Shown one piece after another: positions 27,445-38,918 of a DNA stretch of 64,000 nucleotides (within the stretch, counting starts at the first letter, position 1; every line of letters begins with the position of its first letter). Origin of the DNA: Ylistrum balloti (taxonomy: Eukaryota). Position numbers and translations under genes: made by a program. The notes below the pieces were generated by a model. It had not been told where the DNA came from. It saw nothing but the letters and a program-made list of their open reading frames with translations, and did not search any database. The DNA is taken from contig NW_026782102.1 in NCBI RefSeq assembly GCF_031769215.1, positions 186,001 to 250,000 on the forward strand, in the 5' to 3' direction.

Positions 27445-28952
27445 GGTATAAATGACCCACTATACGGTATAAATAACCCATGATACGGTATAAATAACCC
27501 ACTATACGGTATATATAACCCACTATACGGTATATATAACCTACTATATGGTATAAATAACCTACTATACGGTATATATAACCTACTATATGGTATAAAT
27601 AACCTACTATACGGTATATATAACCTACTATATGGTATAAATAATATGGTATAAATAACCTACTATACGGTATATATAACCTACTATATGGTATAAATAA
27701 CCTACTATACGGTATAAATGACCCACTATACGGTATATATAACCTACTATATGGTATAAATAACCTGCTATACGGTATAAATGACCCACTATACGGTATA
27801 TATAACCTACTATATGGTATAAATAACCTACTATACGGTATAAATAAATAACCTACTATACGGTATAAATTACCCACTATACGGTATATATAACCTACTA
27901 TATGGTATAAATAACCTACTATACGGTATAAATAACCCACTATACGGTATAAATAACCCACTATACGGTATAAATAACCCAATATATGGTATAAATAACC
28001 TAATATATGGTATAAATTACCCATTATACGGTATAAATAACCCACTTTATGGTATAAATAACCCACTATATGGCATAAATAACCCACTATACGGTATAAA
28101 TAACCCACTATACGGTATAAATTACCCACTATACGGTATAAATAACCCACTATACGGTATAAATTACCCACTATACGGTATAAATAACCCACTATATGGC
28201 ATAAATAACCCACTATACGGTATAAATAACCCACTATACGGTATAAATAACCCACTATACGGTATAAATAACCCACTATACGGTATAAATGACCCACTAT
28301 ACGGTATAAATAACCCACTATACGGTATAAATAACCCATTATACAGTATAAATAACCCACTATACGGTATAAATAACCCATGATACGGTATAAATAACCC
28401 ACTATACGGTATAAATAACCCACTATACGGTATGAATAACCCACTCTACGGTATAAATGACCCACTATACGGTATAAATAACCTACTATACGGTATAAAT
28501 AATCCACTATACGGTATAGATAACCCACCACTATACGGTATAAATAACTCACTATATGGTATAAATAACCTACTATACGGTATAAATAACCCACTATATG
28601 GTATAAATAACCTACTATACGGTATAAATTACCCACTATATGGTATAAATAACCCACTATATGGTATAAATAACCCAATATATGGTATAAATAACCTACA
28701 ATATGGTATAAATTACCCACTATATGGTATAAATAACCCCACAATATGGTATAAATAACTCACTTTATGGTATAGATTACCCTCTATATGGTATAAATAG
28801 CCTACTATATGGTATAAATAACCCACTATATGATATAAATAACCTACTATATGGTATAAATAACCTACTATACGGTATAAATAACCCACTATATGGTATA
28901 AAGAACCCACTATACGGTATAAATAACCCACTATACGGTATAAATAACCCAT
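27445..28952. repeat. 21-bp minisatellite, ~70 copies
   Basis: Unit ataaataacccactatacggt; produces the 447-aa (YRIVGYL)n reading frame on the minus strand. Confidence 0.98.
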
Positions 28953-29942
28953 TACTGCTGCCTATTGTTTTGTTATTTATTTACCTTTTTTGTTTATTGA
29001 TTTATAAACCAATAAAACATTTATTGTTTTCAAGAAGAACATATAAACATTATTTCAACCGATAGGAAGTATTTTTACACGCTCTGGATAGCCCGTTTTC
29101 TCCTGTTCAACTGCTGCTACCCCGTGTTTTAATCATATACCTACCTTTCGTGTTTATTGTTTAGTACGATAGGGTGAAAGCTTGTTTACCGTAGTAAATT
29201 ACATGTTTCTTCTTCATCAGTTTTGTGTACTTTTTTCCTTGTAAGAATATTAATTTTGCTTTAATTATCATGTTTGTTCTTCATTATGTCCCTGTTACCA
29301 CTACCCTAAAGGACTTCAGTTCCCGATGGACCGTCAGACAATAACAAACCATTTTGTTTACTGTTTCTTCGTTATGTTCCATATAATTGGTACGTTACTG
29401 TCTACAACAGCCACAATGCTAATATTCTACGTTGGGCTGGATCTTTTTACATTTTTATCTCCTGAAATTTCTATGTGATTATATTTATCTTCTGAATGTG
29501 TTATTTACATACATTTGTCTTACGTTCAGTAGATCTTTAGTGTATGTCCTGTTTAACGGTAATATTTTACATGTTTTATCAATAATACAGCTCTTCAGAG
29601 CTAACTTCTAATTAATTAACGACACTAAATAAAACGTCTCTTATCTCCAGGATTTGCCTTTAGAGGGTCCCAATACCGTTCGGTTTAGGTCCCATCTTAC
29701 CATTGGATGTGTCTTTTCCCTATATCTAAGCAGTGTCTATGCTCTCAAGTTATTGCTCTCTGCCTTGGGAGAGAATTGGATACAGAGAAGGGAAGTTAAA
29801 TTGATTGACAATCGTTGACTGTTATAGCGTCAAGTAGCTGCCATATCTGGCTCGTTTGAATTTAATCCCGTTGAGTTAAATCTAATAAAGACAAACGTTC
29901 GATAATGGCCTGGTCCGCTCCAAACTATTTTATCCTATATTT

Positions 29943-29993
29943 GATGGGCGGAAATCGGATTATTTTCCGCCATCTAGCACAGGATACGGAAGT
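29943..29993. promoter_or_regulatory. Inverted pair of E2F-like sites plus ETS site; promoter-like island
   Basis: gatgggcggaaat-cggatt-attttccgccatc is an imperfect inverted repeat containing GGCGGAAA and TTTCCGCC; CGGAAGT at 29987-29993. Confidence 0.35.
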
Positions 29994-30339
29994 AGGACTC
30001 AGGTGACAATTAATCGCGCTTAGTTGACATGTAATCAACAAGAGGCCGATTATATGCTACAGTTCAGACCGTAAAGACCTGTAGTCCAACTATCGGAGAT
30101 AGCGCAAAATCGTTATTATAAAACTGTAACCTGGGAGATATCTATCCTTCAAGACAGCTGGAGGATATGTCACTTCAGTAAACGGGACTGCAGTGGCGGT
30201 CAGGAAATTAGCGATAAGATCTGTAGTGTTGTCTGTAGCATCTACCAAAATAATTGCTGTTTGCATTTGTACCGAGCTAAAACCTGCAACTGAATTCCTG
30301 AAAGGCATGAAGACGTCAGTATTGGAACCATATACACTG

Positions 30340-31367
30340 GGACATCAGTGTTGAGACCGTATGCATGACAGGTGTACAGACGTCAGATTTGGGACCTTAT
30401 ACCTGACAGGTATACAGACTTCAGTGTTAGGACCGTATACCTGACAGGTGTACAGACTTCAGTGTTAGGACCGTATACCTGACAGGTGTACAGACGTCAG
30501 TGTTAGGACCGTATACCTGACAAGTGTACATACTTCAGTGTTTGGACCATATACCTGACAGGTGTACAAACTTCAGTGTTTGGACAGTATACCCGACAGG
30601 TGTACAGACTTCAGTGTTGGGACCGTATGCATGACAGGTGTACAGACTTCAGTGATGAGACCGTATACCTGACAGATGTACAGACTTCAGTGTTGGGACC
30701 GTATACCTGACAGGTGTACGGACCTCAGTGTTGGGACCGTATACCTGACAGGTGTACAGACTTCAGTGTTGGAACCGTACACCTGACAGGTGTACAGACT
30801 TCAGTGTTGGGACCGTACACCTGACAGGTGTACAGACTTCAGTGTTGGGACTGTACACCTGACAGGTGTACAGACTTCAGTGATGAGACCGTACACCTGA
30901 CAGGTGTACAGACTTCAGTGTTGGGACCGTATACCTGACAGGTGTACAGACTTCAGTGTTGGGACCGTATACCTGACAGGTGTACATACTTCAGTGTTGG
31001 GACCGTATACCTGACAGGTGTACGGACCTCAGTGTTGGGACCGTATACCTGACAGGTGTACAGACTTCTGTGTTGGGACCGTATACCTGACAGGTGTACG
31101 GACCTCAGTGTTGGGACCGTATACCTGACAGGTGTACAGACTTCAGTGTTGGGACCGTACACCTGACAGGTGTACAGACTTCAGTGATGAGACCGTACAC
31201 CTGACAGGTGTACAGACTTCAGTGTTAGGACCGTATACCCGACAGGTGTACAGACTTCAGTGTTGGGACCGGATGCATGACAGGTGTACAGACTTCAGTG
31301 ATGAGACCGTACACCTGACAGGTGTACAGACTTCAGTGATGAGACCTGTACACCTGACAGGTGTACA
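30340..31367. repeat. 38-bp minisatellite, ~27 copies
   Basis: Unit gacttcagtgttgggaccgtatacctgacaggtgtaca; a degenerate unit extends left to ~30297. Confidence 0.97.
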
Positions 31368-32629
31368 TTAAATGTTCTGCTTTTAAAAGACCGTTTTCAC
31401 CCCCATATCAAAATGTTTTAGTAAACCGCATTATTACTAGTTTTACTTTTTCATCTTTTAAATTAATGTACATTCTTTCTTTTTTTTTTTTTTTTGTTTG
31501 ATTGATGATACTAATATACAATTTATTAAGAACAAACAATGATAGTAAATCAGTCATAGTAATTCACTTTTACACGCAAAAGAACATGAAGCAGAACATT
31601 TGTCCATTTCTGTAATAATAAATAAAGCAAGATAAGTGTAGTGATCTGGGCTTGGGCGATCGTCAGCGACCAGGAAACTCAACTGGTCTAGAGTTCGGAG
31701 GTTCCAGCGTTCGCCGTGTGATTTCACACTGTTCCTCATAGACGAGATGTAATTCACATTGTAGGTATGCAGCGCCACCTACCGGGTACGGCATGGTGAC
31801 TAGGAGAGTCGATATTTCACTTTTGACATTGTAAACATCTGACAAGACTTCCGTGAGTGTTTTACTTGCTCGATCTGCCTTTCTAACATCTATCTTCTAA
31901 AATAGTAATTAAACGTCTTCAAACATTTAAAATTTGATTAATAATACTTCAATTGTGATGAATGGACTGCATAACTCCAGCAGGCATTGTTGTGGAGGGT
32001 CGTCTATCATACTCCAGAACATGACAAACTATCCGGCAAAGAGGAGAGGAAGTGTGCAGAAAATGATGACAAATTGAAGGAACTATCCACATGTGGCACG
32101 ACCACCCAGCAACATCACATGACAGCAGGTCATATTACGTAGCTTCTAGATTTCCAACCACGTAGGGATATTTGCTTAATGTTAACTCTTCAAAGAGAGC
32201 ATCAGATAGTTAAAATCACGACCTTGTTTATTGTAGAGCTACACGTAATTGTCCATAATGACTTATTTACTCTGTGAGACAAAACGCAAATGAAATTAGT
32301 CAATTTTTCCAATTCATTTCAAATCCCGAAACAGGTATTGTCAGTTCTTGTCGGTGGCTTTCCTTCCGTAAAACCAGCTTTCCTCCAACACCCAATCCTC
32401 GCATGTCCTTAAATGACCCTGACTGTTAAAAGGACGTGAAACAAGGATAAAACTACGCAAAATTTCTTCTTGAAATCAAATCCGACAATGTAATGATGTA
32501 ATACATTGTTCCAACGACATCTACGCCGTTTCATAAATTAAATACGATGTCAGCCTTGTACAAAACACAGATTTGCCTGATGTGTGTAAAGCGAATTGTA
32601 TATTAAGTTATTCAAACCTTTATCATTCA

Positions 32630-32770
32630 CTCCTGTAGGCCAGATGGAAGCGAACGATGGTCTTACTGTGGGAGAAAATCAGAGTACCCAGAGAAAACTC
32701 GTATAGTCGGCCAGGTAACTCCATAACTTTTCACATCAAACCCTGGTCGCTTAGGTGAAAGGCGATTACT
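32630..32770 (-). mobile_element. tRNA-derived SINE relic
   Basis: gccagatggaagcg ... gagaaaatcagagtacccagagaaaac ... gtgaaaggcga; matches the copy at 51955-52125. Confidence 0.6.
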
Positions 32771-32939
32771 TTGGTAGAGGTCGTGATATGAAGAAAGGAT
32801 TGTTGGCAACACACACAATATCTACAGTAATATCGGCGATAAAAATCTTTAAATCTCACGATCTAAATGGTTTCGTTGTAACTAAGCCGGGTCTCGTTTG
32901 TAAAAGAGACATTACTTGGAGTATCCATATTAAAACAGA

Positions 32940-33010
32940 AGGTTAGCCTTCCGGAACACATGATCTTGTTTTCCTTGTACTTTAAGTTAGGATTTTTTCG
33001 TTGGATTGGA
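32940..33010 (+). mobile_element. Same family, short fragment
   Basis: gccttccggaacacatgatcttgttttccttgtacttt. Confidence 0.5.
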
Positions 33011-33404
33011 AGAAAGGTTGGGGCCTTCAAAAAGATTCACTCTGAAAACGTCAAGTCAAGCCACGTCTATCACAGTGAATGTCCACTGATCCTTACGTCA
33101 AACAATACAAAGTAAGCATAGACCATGTAATAGCTTAAAGGCTGACTTACATTTTATCTTTGATCTCTTTTCAAAGCAGAAACACACAGATGTTTTATAC
33201 CGGGTCTCAGTGTAATTTACAGTAATATGTTTGAGTATGTGTTACATTATCAAACCTATTCTTAACGAGAGGCTCATGGCCATTAATAGTCATCTGACTA
33301 TAAAGACCCATATATGAAAAAAGAAAAATAGGCCTTAAATAAATTGCTCAACTACTCCACAGCTTACAAGACGTTGCTGGTTCATCAACATTCTTCTCGG
33401 ATTC

Positions 33405-34030
33405 ATTAAACACAGTAATATTTTTTGTATGTGTTACAATGTTATAAACATTCTTCTCTGTGTGATTAAATACAGTAATATGTTTGTGTATGTGTTACAA
33501 TGTTATAAACATTCTTCTCTGTGTGATTAAATACAGTATATATGTTTGTGTATGTGTTACAATGTTATAAACATTCTTCTCTGCGTGATTAAATACAGTA
33601 AATATGTTTGTGTGTGTGTTACAATGTTATAAACATTCTTCTCTGTGTGATTAAATACAGTATATATGTTTGTGTGTGTGTTACAATGTTATAAACATTC
33701 TTCTCTGTGTGATTAAATACAGTATATATGTTTGTGTATGTGTTACAATGTTATAAACATTCTTCTCTGTGTGATTAAATACAGTAAATATGTTTGTGTG
33801 TGTGTTACAATGTTATAAACACTGTGTGATTAAATATTGTAATATGTTTGTGTATGTGTTACAATGTTATAAACATTCTTCTCTGTGTGATTAAATATTG
33901 TAATATGTTTGTGTATGTGTTACAATGTTATAAACATTCTTCTCTGTGTAATTAAATACAGTAAATATGTTTGTGTGTGTGTGTTACAATGTTATAAACA
34001 TTCTTCTCAGTGTGATTAAATATTGTAATA
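33405..34030. repeat. ~61-bp minisatellite, ~10 copies
   Basis: Unit aatatgtttgtgtatgtgttacaatgttataaacattcttctctgtgtgattaaatacagt. Confidence 0.96.
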
Positions 34031-34541
34031 TTTTTTGTACATATGTGTAAGATTGTAACCTGTATGTACATGATCTGTTTTAATTTACTTATTGTCATTA
34101 TCACTGCACAGTAAAATTCTACACACATAAAACATTGACCGTTATTAAAACAGTACCATAACCATTCACACAGCATTACGTAACTACACAGGGGCAAAAA
34201 GGGAATTTTGTAAATGTTATTTTGACCAACACGATTGATGTAAAAACTAGTCATTTTTTAAACATTGTGACAGTGAAAAGAAAAAGAAATCCAGACAGAC
34301 AAAAGGAATTTTTACTGGTCAACCCTTAAAATGTACAAACCACATAAAAACGAAATTCGTAGCAATTTATATGTTCTGATATCAGATAAAAACGTCTCGA
34401 GGATGACTTTTAAAAAACTCACACTCATTTATAACGTTATTCATATGTGTATAATGTTTCCCTGATATTTTTCATAATTTCAAAATAATTAATAAATGCA
34501 TTACGAAAATATAACGCCAACACATCTAGTGCCTTTGAAGA

Positions 34542-35405
34542 TCAAACGTCCATCTCGTCGATAAGGAGGTAGCGATGGAGTAGGGGAGGTAACCCAATCT
34601 GTCTGAGTTTGTCAAGAAATCCAGGCTTCAAAAGGTGGCGGATTCTAACCCTACAATGTTGTTGTAGGTAAACTGGCCGTACCTCCAGCTTTAGTTCTCT
34701 CTCGAGAGTGGCATAAAATTCCCCAAAAGTGAAAGTCTGGGAAATTGTCGGGCGGTCAAATCGAGCCCCTGCGAGAACGAGAACGCGTGTAATTTCAAGA
34801 TCTCCGCTAGCTAAGGCTTGCAATAATGGAGATACGCTAACTCCATCCACCCATCCCGTCAGCGTGACGTCACAATTATAGTAGATCAGCAGTTTGACAC
34901 ATGACGTGGCTCCACGCTGCACTGCGTGCATAAGCGGCGTCTTGTGCAAGTAGTCACGTGAGTCGAGATTTGCACCACCCTCCACAAGGGCGCTTACAAA
35001 CTCCACTTTGTCACGTATAACTGCAGCGTGTAAAGCCGTCTGTCGCCGTTTTGCACTGGAATGGTTGACGTCGGCTCCAGCTACAATGAGATTCAAAATG
35101 GTTTCAACCGTTGGTGCATATATCGTTGCCCAAATTAAAGGACTAAAACCACCCCATACCACAGCGTTTGGGTTGGCCCCTTTTTCAAGCAGACGCGACA
35201 CCATTTCAATATTGCCATAGCGACTGGCCCAGCAAAGACCCGAGTCCAGCGTCACTTGTTGACATCCTGATTCTAGAACACAAATTACGCAGCTGATGTC
35301 ATTAGCGTGTATCGCTGCCAGCAGGTCCACATGACACGTGTCGTCTGGGCAACCATCTGGACTTTCTCTTACCTCTCCTGGAGCCACATGTTCATCCACT
35401 TCCAT
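34542..35405 (-). CDS. Ankyrin repeat and SOCS box protein (ASB-like), 287 aa, single coding exon
   Basis: About five ankyrin repeats (LCWASRYGNIEMVSRLLEKGANPN, SPLIWA, TALHAAVIRDKVEFVSALVEGGANLD, TPLMHAVQRGATSCVKLLI, SPLLQALASGDLEITRVLVLAGA). C-terminal SOCS box with BC-box-like YLQQHCRVRI and Cul5-box-like LPPLL. The ASB paralogue number cannot be assigned by eye. Confidence 0.92.
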   Translation of the reverse strand: MEVDEHVAPGEVRESPDGCPDDTCHVDLLAAIHANDISCVICVLESGCQQVTLDSGLCWASRYGNIEMVSRLLEKGANPNAVVWGGFSPLIWATIYAPTVETILNLIVAGADVNHSSAKRRQTALHAAVIRDKVEFVSALVEGGANLDSRDYLHKTPLMHAVQRGATSCVKLLIYYNCDVTLTGWVDGVSVSPLLQALASGDLEITRVLVLAGARFDRPTISQTFTFGEFYATLERELKLEVRPVYLQQHCRVRIRHLLKPGFLDKLRQIGLPPLLHRYLLIDEMDV

Positions 35406-36200
35406 CTATAAATATGTCATGAAATTATCCCCCTCCCTATCGGTAGCCCCTTCCTCTCACTAGCCTCAATATCTATGCAACATTCTTCTAGATACGGTGT
35501 TTTTTTTTTGTTGTCTACACAATGGCGTTCCTCTTGATGAACTCTTCTCCTTTCTGAAACAATAACAAACCTTACAAATTATTATAATAAACGTTCAAAT
35601 AATCATGTTCTAGAAAATGATGTAGTTCGAATGACTGTACACGTTCTAAGACGTCACAGTTGAAATCAAGACGATGTGCTTTAATTTTTTGTTATATATA
35701 GATGATAACCTTGTTTATGATAAAAACATGTAACTAAATGTAATTTAAATGGTATTAACATATACATACTTTTACACAGCATATTGTGCTACATATGTCA
35801 ATATAATAATTCAATGGCTTTGTAGACGAACATGGTGCACTGCAACTTATATGAGCTTGAATAATGCACGTGTATAAGTACACGTGTGCATGTCGTATGT
35901 CAAGTGTGTTTTAAATATAAGAAAATTTACATGTTCACGTCCAAATACTGTAGTGTATGTTCGAAAAGAAATTTTCTAATACTTTTGCAAGTCATACATA
36001 TACTTGATATGTGCACGCTTTAAAGAAACTGACAATTATTAGCTTTGCTAAACACTTACCTCAATACACTTCTGTATTTGAGTATCTTCAGTGAGATATC
36101 TATTCTTTTCGAATTCCTGTCTGATCCTCTTCATATAAAAGTCCTTGTCTGTGAGACGCAGGCTATGTCCCTTCCTGAGTAAAGCGCGGTACAGACTTAA
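35406..36200 (-). other. Putative spliced 5' UTR of the ASB-like gene (exon ~36200-36060, intron 36059-35554, exon 2 from 35553)
   Basis: Strong minus-strand donor GAG|GTAAGT at 36060/36059 and acceptor tttcag| at 35554/35553. The 5' end (~36200) is only estimated. Confidence 0.6.
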
Positions 36201-36220
36201 CACCTGACTGTACTGGCGAT

Positions 36221-37030
36221 TCATATCTCACGTCACCCTGACAACAAATAATATAGCCAATCAAAATCACGTCTGATGTCACCATGGCAATACATCAAAT
36301 AAGTCATATCTCCCGTCACCCTGACAACAAATATTATAACAAATCAAAATCATGTCTGATGTCACCATGGCAATACATCAAATAAGTCAAAATCACGTCG
36401 TTGTCACCATGGCAATATATCAAATAAGTCGTGATGTCACCATGGCAATATATCAAATAAGTCGTATCTCCCGTCACCCTGACAACAAATAGTATAACCA
36501 ATCAAAACCCGTCACCCTGACAACAAATATTATAACCAATCAAAATCACGTCTGATGTCACCATGGCAATATATCAAATAAGTCGTATCTCCCGTCACCC
36601 TGACAACAAATATAACAAATCAAAACCACGTCTGATGTCACCATGGTAATACATAAAATAAGTCATATCTCCCGTCACCCTGACAACAAATAATATAACC
36701 AATCAAAATCACGTCCGTTGTCACCATGGCAATACATCAAATAAGTCATATCTCCCGTCACCCTGACAACAAATATAACAAATCAAAATCACGTCTGATG
36801 TCACCATGGCAATACATCAAATAAGTCATATCTCCCGTCACCCTGACAACAAATATAACAAATCAAAATCACGTCTGATGTCACCATGGCAATACATCAA
36901 ATAAGTCGTATCTCCCGTCACCCTGACAACAAATATAACAAATCAAAATCACGTCCGATGTCACCATGGCAATACATCAAATAAGTCATATCTCCCGTCA
37001 CCCTGACAACAAATATTATAACCAATCAAA
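36221..37030. repeat. ~83-bp dimeric minisatellite (two related ~40-bp halves), ~10 copies, degenerate tail to ~37340
   Basis: Unit tcatatctcccgtcaccctgacaacaaatattataaccaatcaaaatcacgtctgatgtcaccatggcaatacatcaaataag. Confidence 0.96.
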
Positions 37031-37789
37031 ATTATTTCTGTGTCACCACATTGCAACAATAACGGTCCTCTAGTCACCCTGGCAACAAATAACACATACA
37101 ATCAAAATGGCTTATGATGTCTCCATGTTACTTAAGCTAAAAGCAGTCCCTGCTGTCACAATTGCAACACACAGCACAACAAATCCAAGTCATAACTCTT
37201 ATCATCTCATCAAAAAATAAAAATTAAAGTTTACATGTATGTGTCTAATACATACATCAACCTAGCAACAAAGAATGTAACCAATCAAAATATATATCTC
37301 ATCACCATGGCATCACAATACAGCCAATCAAAGTCATATCTCATGCCTCCCAATGTACACACCACTATAATAACTTTGGACCAATCTCTTGGTGCGAATG
37401 TGAGGCCCATCCATGATAAAGATCACCACATGACCTTTTGAATAAGAGAAGGTGAGATAATGCTGATCAAGGGGTTTAGGGATTAAGGATTAGGTTAAAA
37501 CATATCTTTATTGGGGAGTTCAATGGATGTCTAAATTACATATAACAAGGACAAAGCATAGCAAGGGTCAACATATGAAATTTGAGAAAGACGTTTGTCT
37601 TTTGTCTGCTGTAAGGTTGAATTGCCGCAGAAGTGGAGGTAAAATCTGTAAATAATCTATAAATAAATAAAGTAAAATCTAGTGCTTCTCAGGAAATAAG
37701 GATAACAAACATAAACTTTCACAACCCAATTCGGTGTCCTTTTTGCTATTTTGTTTTTTCAATCTGTCTCAGAATTCAACTAACACAAT

Positions 37790-38230
37790 GAGTATGGGAC
37801 TGTACATGAGAGATCCATATCAGAAATTTAGAAAGATCCATCAATTACATTAAGAAGTAGTTATGATGAACTTCAACATTAAAAATCCAATATGCAAGTC
37901 TGTAAGATTCATGCAATACAGATGTACTTCAAAAGAATTAGTGATAACAAGCTTTCAAAATCCATTTCAAAATCCAATATGGCTGTCTGTTGGCCAATTA
38001 AAAGTCATCAACTTGGGAGCAAAGGGAATCTACGTTTGAAATTTTAGTAAGATCTATCCAGTCATTCTCAAGAGAGAGCAAGAACAAATTTCAAATTTCA
38101 AAATTCAATATGGCCGCCTTTGGGCAATTCTTTTTTCTGGACAAGTCCTAAAACTGAACTTAACAACCACAATGTATGGATCAAAGGCAGTCTACATACG
38201 AGATATTTCAAAAACCTTAAGAAAATAGTA
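37790..38230 (+). mobile_element. HINE-like central repeat relic between the ASB and TIR genes
   Basis: Repeated caaaatccaatatg(g) / caaaattcaatatggccgcc modules resembling those at 26018 and 26237. Confidence 0.45.
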
Positions 38231-38918
38231 AAATTTATTTAGAGTTTTACCAAAGAGTGAGAGAATTGCCATATAAACAGTCACAATTCTTTAATGAATT
38301 GATTCTACCAGAGCAACAACTACATCATCAATTGTGATAGGATCGTTGAGGTATGATGATAGGAACTAGCACTAATAGCGGTAACAAAAGTGACAAATTC
38401 AGAAATATGTGGAAATAACATTATTTATTATAAAATATAACAATGCATTCAAATTTATAACAAGTTCTTAGCAAGTTACTATCTTTAAAGGACCAGTTAA
38501 ATTGATAATAAATAGATTGATTGTAATATGTACAAATTTTACTGAGTAAAACAATCAAAACCAGTTCAGAGATTTATCCCTGTGTACATTAGGAGTTTAA
38601 ACAACAGTTGTAATGATTAACTGATGCCTTGGGAGTTGAATAATACTAACTATTTTATTAAAAACATATAAACATGTACATATATTGTGGCTACTTAGAT
38701 GTAACAAAGTCTGTGACATCATAGACAGACAAGAAAAAGATGAAATGAAAGAAAATGATTTAGGATATAGTATTACACCCACAGACAGTATCTAACATTA
38801 ATTTCAATATAAATTAAATTCATAGCTGATTAAATTGTATATTATGGTCTGGCAAATGCTCTTCCCAACACAGCATATTTTTGAGGCTAGGAAAAAGCCC
38901 GTATTTATGACTCATTTA

